From Candidatus Wolfebacteria bacterium GW2011_GWE2_44_13 (lineage in GTDB: Bacteria; Patescibacteriota; Minisyncoccia; UBA6257; UBA9933): a DNA stretch of 64,000 bases. This document shows positions 56,403-64,000 of this stretch, one piece after another. The notes under the pieces are model-generated. The model was not told the origin of the DNA, did not search any database, and worked only from the letters and a program-made list of their open reading frames with translations. Location of the stretch: positions 68,013 to 132,012 of the forward strand of contig LCHW01000001.1 in NCBI GenBank assembly GCA_001000675.1, in the 5' to 3' direction. Each line of letters begins with the position of its first letter. Positions within the stretch are counted from its first letter, which is position 1. The translations under genes were made by a program, and so were the position numbers.

Positions 56403-56409
56403 AAGTATA

Positions 56410-56700
56410 ACTGGTTTGGAGTGAGGCTAAACCAAGATTCTAACACCCTGCCTATCGCAGGCAGACACAAGGTCATTTTTTGCCCTTGTGTCTCTTCTTT
56501 GGAATTTTGTTTAGCCTCGCTCCGGCGAGGCTTTCGCGTACTTACTAGATGAACTTCTAGTAGATGCGAGGAAAGATCAGAGTCGTCCTTTAATCAAACC
56601 GCCACCTTACCTCACACCGGTTCGGCTGTTGGTCGATTGATGGAGCCGATGACTTTCTGAGACCGAACAAACAAAAATTGAAATTAACTATTCAGAATTA
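56410..56700 (+). ncRNA. Candidate structured RNA: long structured 5' leader of the surface-protein mRNA, or an independent sRNA
   Basis: A 10-bp long-range helix (gaggctaaac 56427-36 / gtttagcctc 56509-18) encloses hairpins ctgcc-tatcgca-ggcag and gacacaagg-N11-ccttgtgtc. Further hairpins follow: agcctcgc-tccg-gcgaggct, ctag-atgaactt-ctag, ggttcggct...agccga...ccgaac. Confidence 0.35.
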
Positions 56701-56740
56701 CTGAAAAAACGAAAAGCGAACAATGAATGATTGGATTGGT

Positions 56741-56775
56741 ATTCCCGTGAAAGCGGGGATTCATCCCCATGAATC
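56741..56775. repeat. R1-like hairpin variant (attcccgtgaaagcgggga-ttcatccccatgaatc)
   Basis: Match to the R1 family, with a second small hairpin. Confidence 0.5.
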
Positions 56776-56805
56776 TCGTTGCCGCTGAAAACGAAAAAAA
56801 TTAAA

Positions 56806-59800
56806 ATGAGCATAGTATTTAAAAAGCTTTCTATCGTTGCTCTCTCGCTCGCCCTTTTGGCAGGCGTTGTTTCAACTCCGGTTGCAAACGGCGCTACGAA
56901 CGAGGAATTACAGGCACAGATCTCTGCTATGACAGCGCAGATCAATGCCCTCCTCGCTCAGCTTGCTGGAACTCCGGCGACAGTAGCAACAACCCCAGCA
57001 ATGTCTTCATACACGTTTACCCGCAACCTCACTGTTGGGTCAACTGGTGCAGATGTTATGGAACTCCAGAAGTTCCTCGTTTCCTCAGGGCACTTGGTCC
57101 TTGCAAATCCAACCAACTATTTTGGTAACATGACCAAGGCAGCGTTGGCAAAGTTCCAGGCAGCTAATGGCATTTCGCCAGCAGTTGGATACTTCGGACC
57201 ACTCACCCGTACTTCAGTGAACGGAATGATGACCCCAGTAACTCCAGTAACTCCAGTTACTCCAGTAACTCCAGTAACTCCAGTAACTCCAGTTGTAACG
57301 TCTGGCGCAGTATCTCTTGCTTCTACTAACCCAGCAGCAGGATACATCGTAGCAGGACAGGCAGGAGCACGTTTGGCAGCTATCCAGTTCTCAGGAGCAG
57401 GATCAGTAACCAGCCTTGTTCTTAAGCGCACTGGTCTTTCGACCAATGACGTATTGACCAATGTCTACTTGTATGATGGAAATACTCGCATCACCGATGC
57501 AGCTTCTATCAATGCAGAAGGCGTAATCACTTTCAACAATCCTTCAGGGCTGTTCACAGCTCCTAAGACCGTTGAAGTTCGTGCAGATGTAACCTCGACC
57601 GCTACTGGACAGACCACAGTTGCAATTGAAGTTTCTTCATACACTATGTCAGGTGGAACTGCGACTGCAGTTACCGGCATAGTTGGAAACACGATGCAGA
57701 TGTCAACCGCAGCTTTGGCCACGGTTACTATGCAGACCAATAACCAAAATCCGAACAACACTACTTCCTTGAGCGTTAATGCTGGTACAGTTAACCAGAA
57801 CGTTTGGGATGTAACCTTGAACGTCGGAACTCGTGCAGTATCGTTGAAGGGACTTACATTTAAATATGTAGGATCAGCTTCATCTGATGCAGTAGGAAAC
57901 CTTGGCGTTTACGTTGACGGAGTAAAGGTTGGTTCAACTGCAACCGTAAATGCCATGGGCCTTGTTGCCTTTGACTTTACTGCAGCCCCAGTAACTCTTA
58001 CGACAGGAGCACGCACTATTCAGTTGCGCGGTGACTTCGTAAAGGGTTCGAACCGATCTGCTCAGTTCTACGTACAGAACTTGGCTGACTACATGATTGA
58101 AGATACGCAGGTTATGGGAGCATTTATTTCCCCAACCAGCGGAGCAAACGTCTATGGTTACAACTTTAACATCCAGTCAGGATCTATCGTTGTAAATCAG
58201 GATCAAACCTACTCAGCTACTCAGGTAGTTGGTGGATCTTCAAACGTTAACCTTGGTAAGTTTACCTTCAAGGCATATGGTGAAGATGTAAAAATCGAAA
58301 CCTTGGTCTTGACCCCGTCAGGAACTTTCACTGGATGGACTTCTGGTGCAAATATCCAGAATGTAACCTTGTATGTAAATGGTGCAGCTGTTGGTTCTTC
58401 ACAGAACTGGAGCCCAACCACTTCAGCAACACTTACTTTCAATCCAGGTGCAAACATGATCATTCCAGCTGCAGGAGTTTCTACTCTTGAAGTACGTGGA
58501 GATCTCCGCGATGGAGCTGGTGTGAACTACACTGGAGGAACCGTACAGGTTGACGTAACTTCCTTTGTTGGACGAGGACAGCAGTCACAGGCAACTGTTA
58601 CAAGCGCCTCTGCAACAGGACGAAACTTGACCATTGGTTCAGCCACAGTTAGCTTCTCAAAGACTGGTGGATTCTTGGGTTCAACTGTTACTCCAAATGC
58701 AAACGCAAAGATTGGTTCATTTACACTTTCAAACTCAAACTATGAGGATGTACGCGTAACGAACTTGTCTGTTGGCTTGCTCTTTGGTGCAGGTATGACC
58801 ATCACCAACGTTTCAAACCTTCGCGTATCTGACTCAGCAACTATCGTTGCTCAGCCAACCGCAGACAGCAACTTCTCTATGGATGTTGTTGTTCCTATGA
58901 ACTCAACTAAGGTATTCGAGATCACTGCTGACCTCGGTTCAACTGCCTCTACAACGGCAACTGTTACCGCAAATGCAACCTCTTCATACCGTGGCGTAAG
59001 TTCAGGAGTTTCTACAACTGCAGGTGCAGCTGGTGTAGCTATGACAGCTAACACCGCTACTCTTGTAGCAGCAGATGTTACCAAGTTGTCTTCATCAGCT
59101 CCTTCTCAACTTGTTGTTGGAGGAACTGTTATGCCAACCGTTATTTATAACGTAAAGTCATCAACTGCTCCAGTAACAATCACGGAATTGACCTTTGACG
59201 CCGCTACTTCAACCGATGCAATCACTGCTATTAAGGTTGGTGGTGTTACAAAGACAATCACTGCTTTGACTGGAAACGTTGTCACTGGTTTGAACATTGC
59301 TGTTCCAGCTGGTGCGTCAGGATTGAACATTCCAGTTGATGTTACTTTTGGAACTGTAAACACAAATGGTGGAATCGCTTCGCAGCCTACTGCGGTCGAC
59401 ACTATTACGCTTACTGCCGTTAAGTACACCAGTGGAAACACTACTGATACCGTGACCACAGCTTCTACTACGCTTGTTTCTAACGCTATGCAGCTTGTTG
59501 CTTCTAAGCCAAGCTTGACCGTTAATGGAACACAGCAGGGTGGATTGTTGCTTGGTTCTGAGAATAAGATTGGTGAAGTTACCGTTATTGCAGATGCAAA
59601 GGGTGACATCAAGTTGAATCTCTTGACATTCAATATTGGATACTCAGGATTCTCAACTGGTCCAGCTCTTTCAGGTGTTCGCATCGCAGATGGTTCAACA
59701 ACTATCAGCGGAACAACTGCTACGACAACAACGTCAACGACCTCACCAGTTATTACTGTTGACTTCGGTGATGCCGCAACCAGCAGCGATGGATACTCTA

Positions 59801-60003
59801 TCCCAGCTGGAACCTCGAAGACCTTTAGCCTCTTCGCAACCAACACTGGTGGCGTAGTATCTTCAGGTGCAACTGCTGCAGTTTCTGCACAGGTGCAAGG
59901 TGCTGCATTGTTTAAGTGGGATGATGTAAACGGAGGTGGGCTCGGTTTGACCGCTGCTAACATCTACAACTTCCCAACACAGAGCTACTCAGTACGACAA
60001 TAA
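56806..60003 (+). CDS. Giant cell-surface protein: signal peptide, coiled coil, peptidoglycan-binding domain (PG_binding_1-like), (TPV)x7 linker, and roughly 850 aa of Thr/Ser/Gly/Val/Ala-rich beta-rich repeats (S-layer/adhesin-like)
   Basis: Probable start at the ATG at 56806 (MSIVFKKLSIVALSLALLAG, a signal peptide); the track ORF begins at the TTG at 56779. FTRNLTVGSTGADVMELQKFL....MTKAALAKFQAANGISPAVGYFGPLT matches the PG-binding domain. Nine-bp tandem repeats actccagta x7 sit at 57235-57297. Confidence 0.6.
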   Translation: MSIVFKKLSIVALSLALLAGVVSTPVANGATNEELQAQISAMTAQINALLAQLAGTPATVATTPAMSSYTFTRNLTVGSTGADVMELQKFLVSSGHLVLANPTNYFGNMTKAALAKFQAANGISPAVGYFGPLTRTSVNGMMTPVTPVTPVTPVTPVTPVTPVVTSGAVSLASTNPAAGYIVAGQAGARLAAIQFSGAGSVTSLVLKRTGLSTNDVLTNVYLYDGNTRITDAASINAEGVITFNNPSGLFTAPKTVEVRADVTSTATGQTTVAIEVSSYTMSGGTATAVTGIVGNTMQMSTAALATVTMQTNNQNPNNTTSLSVNAGTVNQNVWDVTLNVGTRAVSLKGLTFKYVGSASSDAVGNLGVYVDGVKVGSTATVNAMGLVAFDFTAAPVTLTTGARTIQLRGDFVKGSNRSAQFYVQNLADYMIEDTQVMGAFISPTSGANVYGYNFNIQSGSIVVNQDQTYSATQVVGGSSNVNLGKFTFKAYGEDVKIETLVLTPSGTFTGWTSGANIQNVTLYVNGAAVGSSQNWSPTTSATLTFNPGANMIIPAAGVSTLEVRGDLRDGAGVNYTGGTVQVDVTSFVGRGQQSQATVTSASATGRNLTIGSATVSFSKTGGFLGSTVTPNANAKIGSFTLSNSNYEDVRVTNLSVGLLFGAGMTITNVSNLRVSDSATIVAQPTADSNFSMDVVVPMNSTKVFEITADLGSTASTTATVTANATSSYRGVSSGVSTTAGAAGVAMTANTATLVAADVTKLSSSAPSQLVVGGTVMPTVIYNVKSSTAPVTITELTFDAATSTDAITAIKVGGVTKTITALTGNVVTGLNIAVPAGASGLNIPVDVTFGTVNTNGGIASQPTAVDTITLTAVKYTSGNTTDTVTTASTTLVSNAMQLVASKPSLTVNGTQQGGLLLGSENKIGEVTVIADAKGDIKLNLLTFNIGYSGFSTGPALSGVRIADGSTTISGTTATTTTSTTSPVITVDFGDAATSSDGYSIPAGTSKTFSLFATNTGGVVSSGATAAVSAQVQGAALFKWDDVNGGGLGLTAANIYNFPTQSYSVRQ

Positions 60004-60275
60004 GCTAACGCTTACTGTTTGATTGAATTCTCTACCCTTGAGACACTTCGGTGGCTCAAGGGAAAACATAAAATTTTTGTATCGGTCTCACTACTCCTGT
60101 AATAGGTGTGTGTGACTCGGCTAGCCTCCTCTTGTCTTTCCGCCCAAGGCGGACAGGTAGGGGAGGGTGGTCCGAGAAAAGCTGATGCAATAACAAAAAC
60201 ATTGAATCTTTTATCGAAAAGGATAAAAGAATAAAAATTATTGGTCCGTTGATTCACGCAAGCCTTCGAGACCTG

Positions 60276-60300
60276 CCATTCCCGTGAAAACGGGAATCCA
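60276..60300. repeat. R1 hairpin (ccattcccgtgaaaacgggaatcca)
   Basis: Match to the R1 consensus with a GAAA loop. Confidence 0.7.
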
Positions 60301-60460
60301 GAGCCCTTAAAGGGAATCGCGATAAACCAATCAAATCCCATGTATTACATTCACCAGGTGTGAATGGAAAACGAAAAAATTTCATGGTCGACGCAAGACA
60401 TTTTCATGACTGCGTAGGCAGGCTCATGTGAATGATGACCATGATCAATAAAATACTTTC

Positions 60461-60490
60461 AAAAGCCCCGCACTTAGTGCGGGGCTTTTG
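60461..60490. terminator. Bidirectional rho-independent terminator
   Basis: aaaagccccgcac-tta-gtgcggggctttt, with an A-run and a T-run on either side. Confidence 0.6.
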
Positions 60491-60535
60491 TTTCACCAGT
60501 CCGTAGCTTTATGCGTAGGATGGTTTGTGTTTTTT

Positions 60536-60600
60536 GGGGGTGCCCGCCGTACGGCGGGCACCCCCCTCATGTATTGTCATTCCCGCGCAGGCGGGAATCC
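60536..60600. repeat. GC-rich 14-bp-stem hairpin (gggggtgcccgccg-tac-ggcgggcaccccc) followed by R1 hairpin 60575-60600
   Basis: Perfect inverted repeat, then ttgtcattcccgcgcaggcgggaatcc immediately upstream of the GIY-YIG gene. Confidence 0.65.
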
Positions 60601-60616
60601 AGTACAATAAAATAAT

Positions 60617-60902
60617 GGACCGATACTACTATGTGTATTTATTGGCGAGCAGGAAAAATGGAACTCTTTACGTAGGGGTTACTAATAATTTAAAAAGAAG
60701 AATAGCTGAACATAAGGATGGATGGGTTGGAGGATTTACAAATGATTACGGCGTAAATAGATTGGTATATTTTGAGCAAACAACAGACGTACGAAGTGCT
60801 ATAGCGCGTGAGAAGGCTATAAAGAAATGGAATAGACGATGGAAGATAGATTTAATTGAACAAGAGAATAAAGAATGGAATGATTTGTTTGAAATAATAT
60901 GA
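60617..60902 (+). CDS. GIY-YIG nuclease family protein (small URI-domain endonuclease, COG2827-like)
   Basis: YYVYLLASRKNGTLYVGVTNNLKRRIAEHK has the GIY-YIG core (YxYxL...GxxYxGxT.NL.RR...H). 95 aa. Confidence 0.85.
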
Positions 60903-60917
60903 AATGAATTCTAGCGC

Positions 60918-60948
60918 ATTGTCATTCCCGTGAAAACGGGAATCCAGA
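60918..60948. repeat. R1 hairpin (ttgtcattcccgtgaaaacgggaatccagag) immediately downstream of the GIY-YIG gene
   Basis: Match to the R1 consensus. Confidence 0.7.
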
Positions 60949-61000
60949 GTGCGAGTTCTTTGTATTGTACGGCATCTTTTTGCAGTATCGTCTTTACATT

Positions 61001-61038
61001 TTGTTACAATATTTCGCGACCGCGAAATATTGTAACAA
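61001..61038. repeat. 38-bp near-perfect palindrome ttgttacaatatttcgcg-ac-cgcgaaatattgtaacaa (copy 1)
   Basis: The 18-bp arms are exact reverse complements. An identical copy lies at 61788-61825. An extra half-site gattgttacaaaaatc is at about 61074. Confidence 0.85.
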
Positions 61039-61163
61039 TCGTTTATTTATAATTGTGTAATTAGATAATAACGAAAAGATTGTTACAAAAATCTTTCTGA
61101 ATTAGTATGCAATACGGGGTAGTTATGTGATATACTTTTAACAGTTTTTATCACACGCATTTT

Positions 61164-61748
61164 ATGTATACCGACGACATATTAGGCATGATAGAAGAGT
61201 TTGATGATATCACCACGGGTGGCCTCTTTTCTTTGTTATTTTCGTCTTATTCCGATCTTCGTAAAAGAGGTAATGATTGGTTGCCTCCAGATGAGTTTAA
61301 AGCCGCGCAGGAGCGCTCAGAGCGCGATATACGGCGCAAGCGCTACCAACGGATGGTAAATTTAGTCTGCTATTTAAAGCGACAAGGCCTTGTTGAGCAA
61401 AAGGAAAATAGTATTTTAAAGTTAACGGAAAAGGGGCTTTTGCGATTACAGAAAAACGCGACTGTTTCAAGATACGTTCCCCTTTCTAAGGGATATAAAA
61501 CAGAAGACGATCATCTAAAGGTTGTTATTTTTGATGTGCCTGAGAAGCGGAGAAAGCATAGGGAATGGCTTCGCTTCAGTTTGCAGAATCTTGGTTTCAA
61601 GTTGCTTCAAAAGAGTGTTTGGATTGGAAAAACAAAATTACCACAAGAGTTTTTTGATCAATTACATGGGTGGGAATTATTACCGCATGTACATATTTTT
61701 GCGGTGCAAGAAACTGGATCAATTGGATTTGAAGATAGGGAGCATTAA
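61164..61748 (+). CDS. PaaX-like transcriptional regulator (N-terminal winged helix + C-terminal Cas2/VapD-like fold)
   Basis: wHTH-like VNLVCYLKRQGLVEQKENSILKLTEKGLLRL. C-terminal LKVVIFDVPEKRRKHREWLRFSLQNLGFKLLQKSVWIGK resembles the PaaX C-domain / Cas2-like beta-alpha-beta-beta pattern. Confidence 0.45.
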   Translation: MYTDDILGMIEEFDDITTGGLFSLLFSSYSDLRKRGNDWLPPDEFKAAQERSERDIRRKRYQRMVNLVCYLKRQGLVEQKENSILKLTEKGLLRLQKNATVSRYVPLSKGYKTEDDHLKVVIFDVPEKRRKHREWLRFSLQNLGFKLLQKSVWIGKTKLPQEFFDQLHGWELLPHVHIFAVQETGSIGFEDREH

Positions 61749-61787
61749 TGATACCCGAGTATTTTTTGAAAGAATGCTATTATTTAT

Positions 61788-61825
61788 TTGTTACAATATT
61801 TCGCGACCGCGAAATATTGTAACAA
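61788..61825. repeat. 38-bp palindrome, copy 2 (identical to 61001-61038)
   Basis: Exact sequence identity with copy 1. Together they bracket the PaaX-like gene. Confidence 0.85.
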
Positions 61826-62071
61826 AATGATAAATAGATGTGATATTTTAAAAATAGAAAAAGCGATATTTGTATACTGCTAATAAGGTTATGTATAAAA
61901 AGTTGCAGAATATTTTCTGTGTGTTAAAATGAATTCACTTGCGTCGCGTTATGTTCACTTTGTTTCGATATGATCGATGAATATGATCGACAATAATTAC
62001 ATAGCATAATATACATCATATTCTTACGAGCGGGGTCTTTGACACCCGTTTTTATTTTTATAAAAACTGAT

Positions 62072-62692
62072 ATGGAAGAATTAGAAAAAAACGATATTGC
62101 TCAACAATATTTTGAGAAAGATGCGGAGATTTTAGGAGATAACGGCGTACACCCGAAGGATGTTAGTGAGCAGGGAGGTGGAGTGATAAAGAGCAGCTAC
62201 TGGAAATTTATCGGTGGTTTTTTTGCGCTATTACTTGTTGGGTTTATCGGCATACCGTTTATTGGAAATTATGTGCAGGAGCAAGAAGATAAGGCACAAG
62301 AAGAAAAGTTTGCCGCTGGTGTGCAGTATATGCAAGAAATGCAGGAACGTTTGAAAAACGATACTGATGGTGGCGCAACCGCACAGGAAACGTTGGCGTT
62401 ATTTACAGCTGCGCTTAAAAAAGGAGATATTGAGCAAGCAAACAAATATTTTGTTATTGAGCCAAAAGATCGACAGGAGGGCTTGATTGATGTTTTAAAA
62501 AATATACAGGAATCCGGAAGGTTTGAAGAGTTTGTGGGGTATGTGGAAGACGTAGATTTTATGTCCAACAGCTCTAGCGGATCCGTTGCTATTTTTAGGA
62601 ACATAAATAAAGAAGGCATAGCTGATGTGTCTCTAGAAATAACCAAAGATAATTATTCTACTGTATGGAAAATAGAAGGACTTATGTTTTAA
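62072..62692 (+). CDS. Membrane-anchored hypothetical protein
   Basis: Start MEELEKND. One TM (FIGGFFALLLVGFIGIPFIG). The C-terminal soluble domain is unassigned. Confidence 0.4.
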   Translation: MEELEKNDIAQQYFEKDAEILGDNGVHPKDVSEQGGGVIKSSYWKFIGGFFALLLVGFIGIPFIGNYVQEQEDKAQEEKFAAGVQYMQEMQERLKNDTDGGATAQETLALFTAALKKGDIEQANKYFVIEPKDRQEGLIDVLKNIQESGRFEEFVGYVEDVDFMSNSSSGSVAIFRNINKEGIADVSLEITKDNYSTVWKIEGLMF

Positions 62693-64000
62693 GCGCTGCA
62701 TTTGTTGCAGCGTTTCTTTTTAGTGCGTTGCCTACATATGCATATCAAGTAAATACACATGCCTATTTAACGAGCGAGGCTATTGAATTTTATAACAAGA
62801 CCGCCAAAGAAAATACAATTTCCAGTAACTGGAAGCGCTTTATGATTGACGGGGCTATTAATGAAGATAATGACCCGCGTTACTTGAATCATTTCTATGA
62901 TCCTATTAATAACGAAGGGCTTGATGACGGGTGGTTTGGTGGGCAATCGGTAAAAGAGTGGGCAAATGATAGCGAACATCAAGGGAAGCTGGGATATACG
63001 CTACTCTCTGATTCATTGCTTGCGTCGGTTGATAAGCAAAAGATTGAACAGTTTTATCCGACGTCGGACTTTACGTGGGATGCGGGTATTCGCTACTGGC
63101 TTAATGGGGATAAAGAAATGGCTATGGTGGTGCTGGGACACATATTGCATTTAGTGGAAGATATGGGTGTACCGGAGCACACGCGCAACAATAGCCATTC
63201 GGACGGGAGTGAGTATGAGGAGTACGCTTCTCGGTACAACGCGAACACTCCGGATGAGCAGTTGCGAACACGAACAGGCGATAAGCCCTTTTTTATTGAA
63301 GGCTCACTCGGCGATTATTTTGACGGGTTGGCTAAATATTCGAATAAATATTTTTATAGTCCGGGGTCAATTAGTACATATGGATATCCTGAATTGGATT
63401 ATCGCACTGCGGAGGTAAAAGATCGTGTTTATTTTATTTCTAATAAGGATGACGAGGGAAATAAATATTATGTTGCTGCAAAAAAGAACATCGCTAATAT
63501 TGCAATAGGCAATTTTGATGTTTCTGTTGCTGATGATGCGATTAAGGAATCCTATTGGAACCTCCTCTCCGTGCGCACGGTGCGCTATAGTGCAGGAGTG
63601 ATTGATTTGTTTTTTAGAGATGTGGAGCGAAGAAGTGGCGACGCGAGCTTCTTAAAGGAAAAGCAAACAAACGCGACTATTTTAGGAAGTGTATCAACGC
63701 TGACGAGCTCACTATGGAGTGGTATGAAAAGTGTTGCTGTAAAAACAGGAACGTTTTTCGGAAATGTGTTTAGTGCTATTGGAGATGGGCTTGTTTCTGC
63801 GGGAAGTTTTGTAGGTGGGCTATTTACTAACGATAGTGGCTTAACCGAAGTGGACGGTGTTGATGTAAATGATTCCGCAAGTTTTGACGTAAATACTGGC
63901 GATGCTGCATCTGCACCTGCAGCACCAACTGCAGAGGCAATCAAGAAAGATGCGCTCGCAAAAAAGAATGCAGAAATTGCTGCACTGGAAATGCAACTCG
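62665..64000 (+). CDS. Secreted zinc-dependent phospholipase C / S1-P1 nuclease superfamily protein (5' part; the ORF runs off the window end)
   Basis: Not in the ORF track because there is no in-window stop. ATG at 62665 (MENRRTYVLSAAFVAAFLFSALPTYA signal peptide) overlaps the upstream gene end by 28 nt in another frame. HLVEDMGVPEHTRN fits the zinc-PLC signature H-Y-x-[GT]-D-[LIVM]-[DNS]-x-P-x-H-[PA]-x-N closely. NTHAYLTSEAI resembles the N-terminal zinc-ligand region. More than 440 codons are open. Confidence 0.5.
   Translation, partial: MENRRTYVLSAAFVAAFLFSALPTYAYQVNTHAYLTSEAIEFYNKTAKENTISSNWKRFMIDGAINEDNDPRYLNHFYDPINNEGLDDGWFGGQSVKEWANDSEHQGKLGYTLLSDSLLASVDKQKIEQFYPTSDFTWDAGIRYWLNGDKEMAMVVLGHILHLVEDMGVPEHTRNNSHSDGSEYEEYASRYNANTPDEQLRTRTGDKPFFIEGSLGDYFDGLAKYSNKYFYSPGSISTYGYPELDYRTAEVKDRVYFISNKDDEGNKYYVAAKKNIANIAIGNFDVSVADDAIKESYWNLLSVRTVRYSAGVIDLFFRDVERRSGDASFLKEKQTNATILGSVSTLTSSLWSGMKSVAVKTGTFFGNVFSAIGDGLVSAGSFVGGLFTNDSGLTEVDGVDVNDSASFDVNTGDAASAPAAPTAEAIKKDALAKKNAEIAALEMQL

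Noticed and set aside
56410-56700. tmRNA, RNase P RNA or SRP RNA
   Set aside because: I searched by eye for tmRNA (GGGG...tRNA-like 3' end GGTTCGA.TCC...CCA, tag ORF), RNase P (GGAAAGTCCGG, AGGGTGAAA, ACAGAACCCGGCTTA) and SRP (GGAAGCAGCC) signatures and found none. It is kept only as a generic structured-RNA candidate.
59145-59963. 272-aa minus-strand ORF (and other minus ORFs 57117-57761, 58221-58463, 58851-59084) antisense to the giant surface-protein gene
   Set aside because: The low-complexity repeat DNA keeps the antisense frames open. No independent support.
60012-60341. 109-aa minus-strand ORF, and the 60525 N-terminal extension of the GIY-YIG ORF
   Set aside because: Both lie across hairpin repeats (R1, GC hairpin). 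The GIY-YIG domain starts at the internal ATG at 60617 with the conserved N-terminus intact.

Overview
This 64 kb window is low-GC and gene-dense, and reads like a streamlined, probably CPR/Patescibacteria-like, bacterial chromosome segment. That lineage call rests only on gene content and style: many short membrane-anchored hypothetical proteins, archaeal-type cupin PGI, split transketolase, GIY-YIG and DUF genes.

Recognisable housekeeping genes include trxA, trxB, ftsH, yebC-ruvC, nusA, ppa, clpP, gap, rpiB, trpS, rnj, secG, a ClpC-like ATPase, the transketolase N-subunit, a PrsW-Hsp20 pair and an MFS transporter. I found four tRNAs: Asp-GTC, Ile-TAT, Leu-CAG and Leu-CAA. A copper-handling cluster sits at 14.4-16.9 kb, and an autoregulated CsoR-like repressor with a textbook operator is at 2.5 kb.

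The least ordinary content is:
1. An 8 kb island (18.0-26.0 kb) of secreted or membrane-anchored proteins. Three are paralogs sharing a conserved mature N-terminal domain, and there are signs of a recent tandem segmental duplication.
2. A very abundant modular intergenic repeat family. It combines a short TGTCATTCCCG...CGGGAATC hairpin module showing compensatory stem changes with roughly 300-bp composite elements, and occupies several kb.
3. A giant PG-binding surface protein behind a strong promoter and a roughly 400-nt highly structured leader.
4. A PaaX-like gene bracketed by two identical 38-bp palindromes, next to a GIY-YIG gene bracketed by the repeat hairpins.
5. An EndoIII-DUF2207 fusion, and HhH-GPD glycosylases that lack the 4Fe-4S loop.
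6. A 947-bp insertion flanked by 36-bp direct repeats.

All calls come from reading the sequence and ORF track. No database search was possible.
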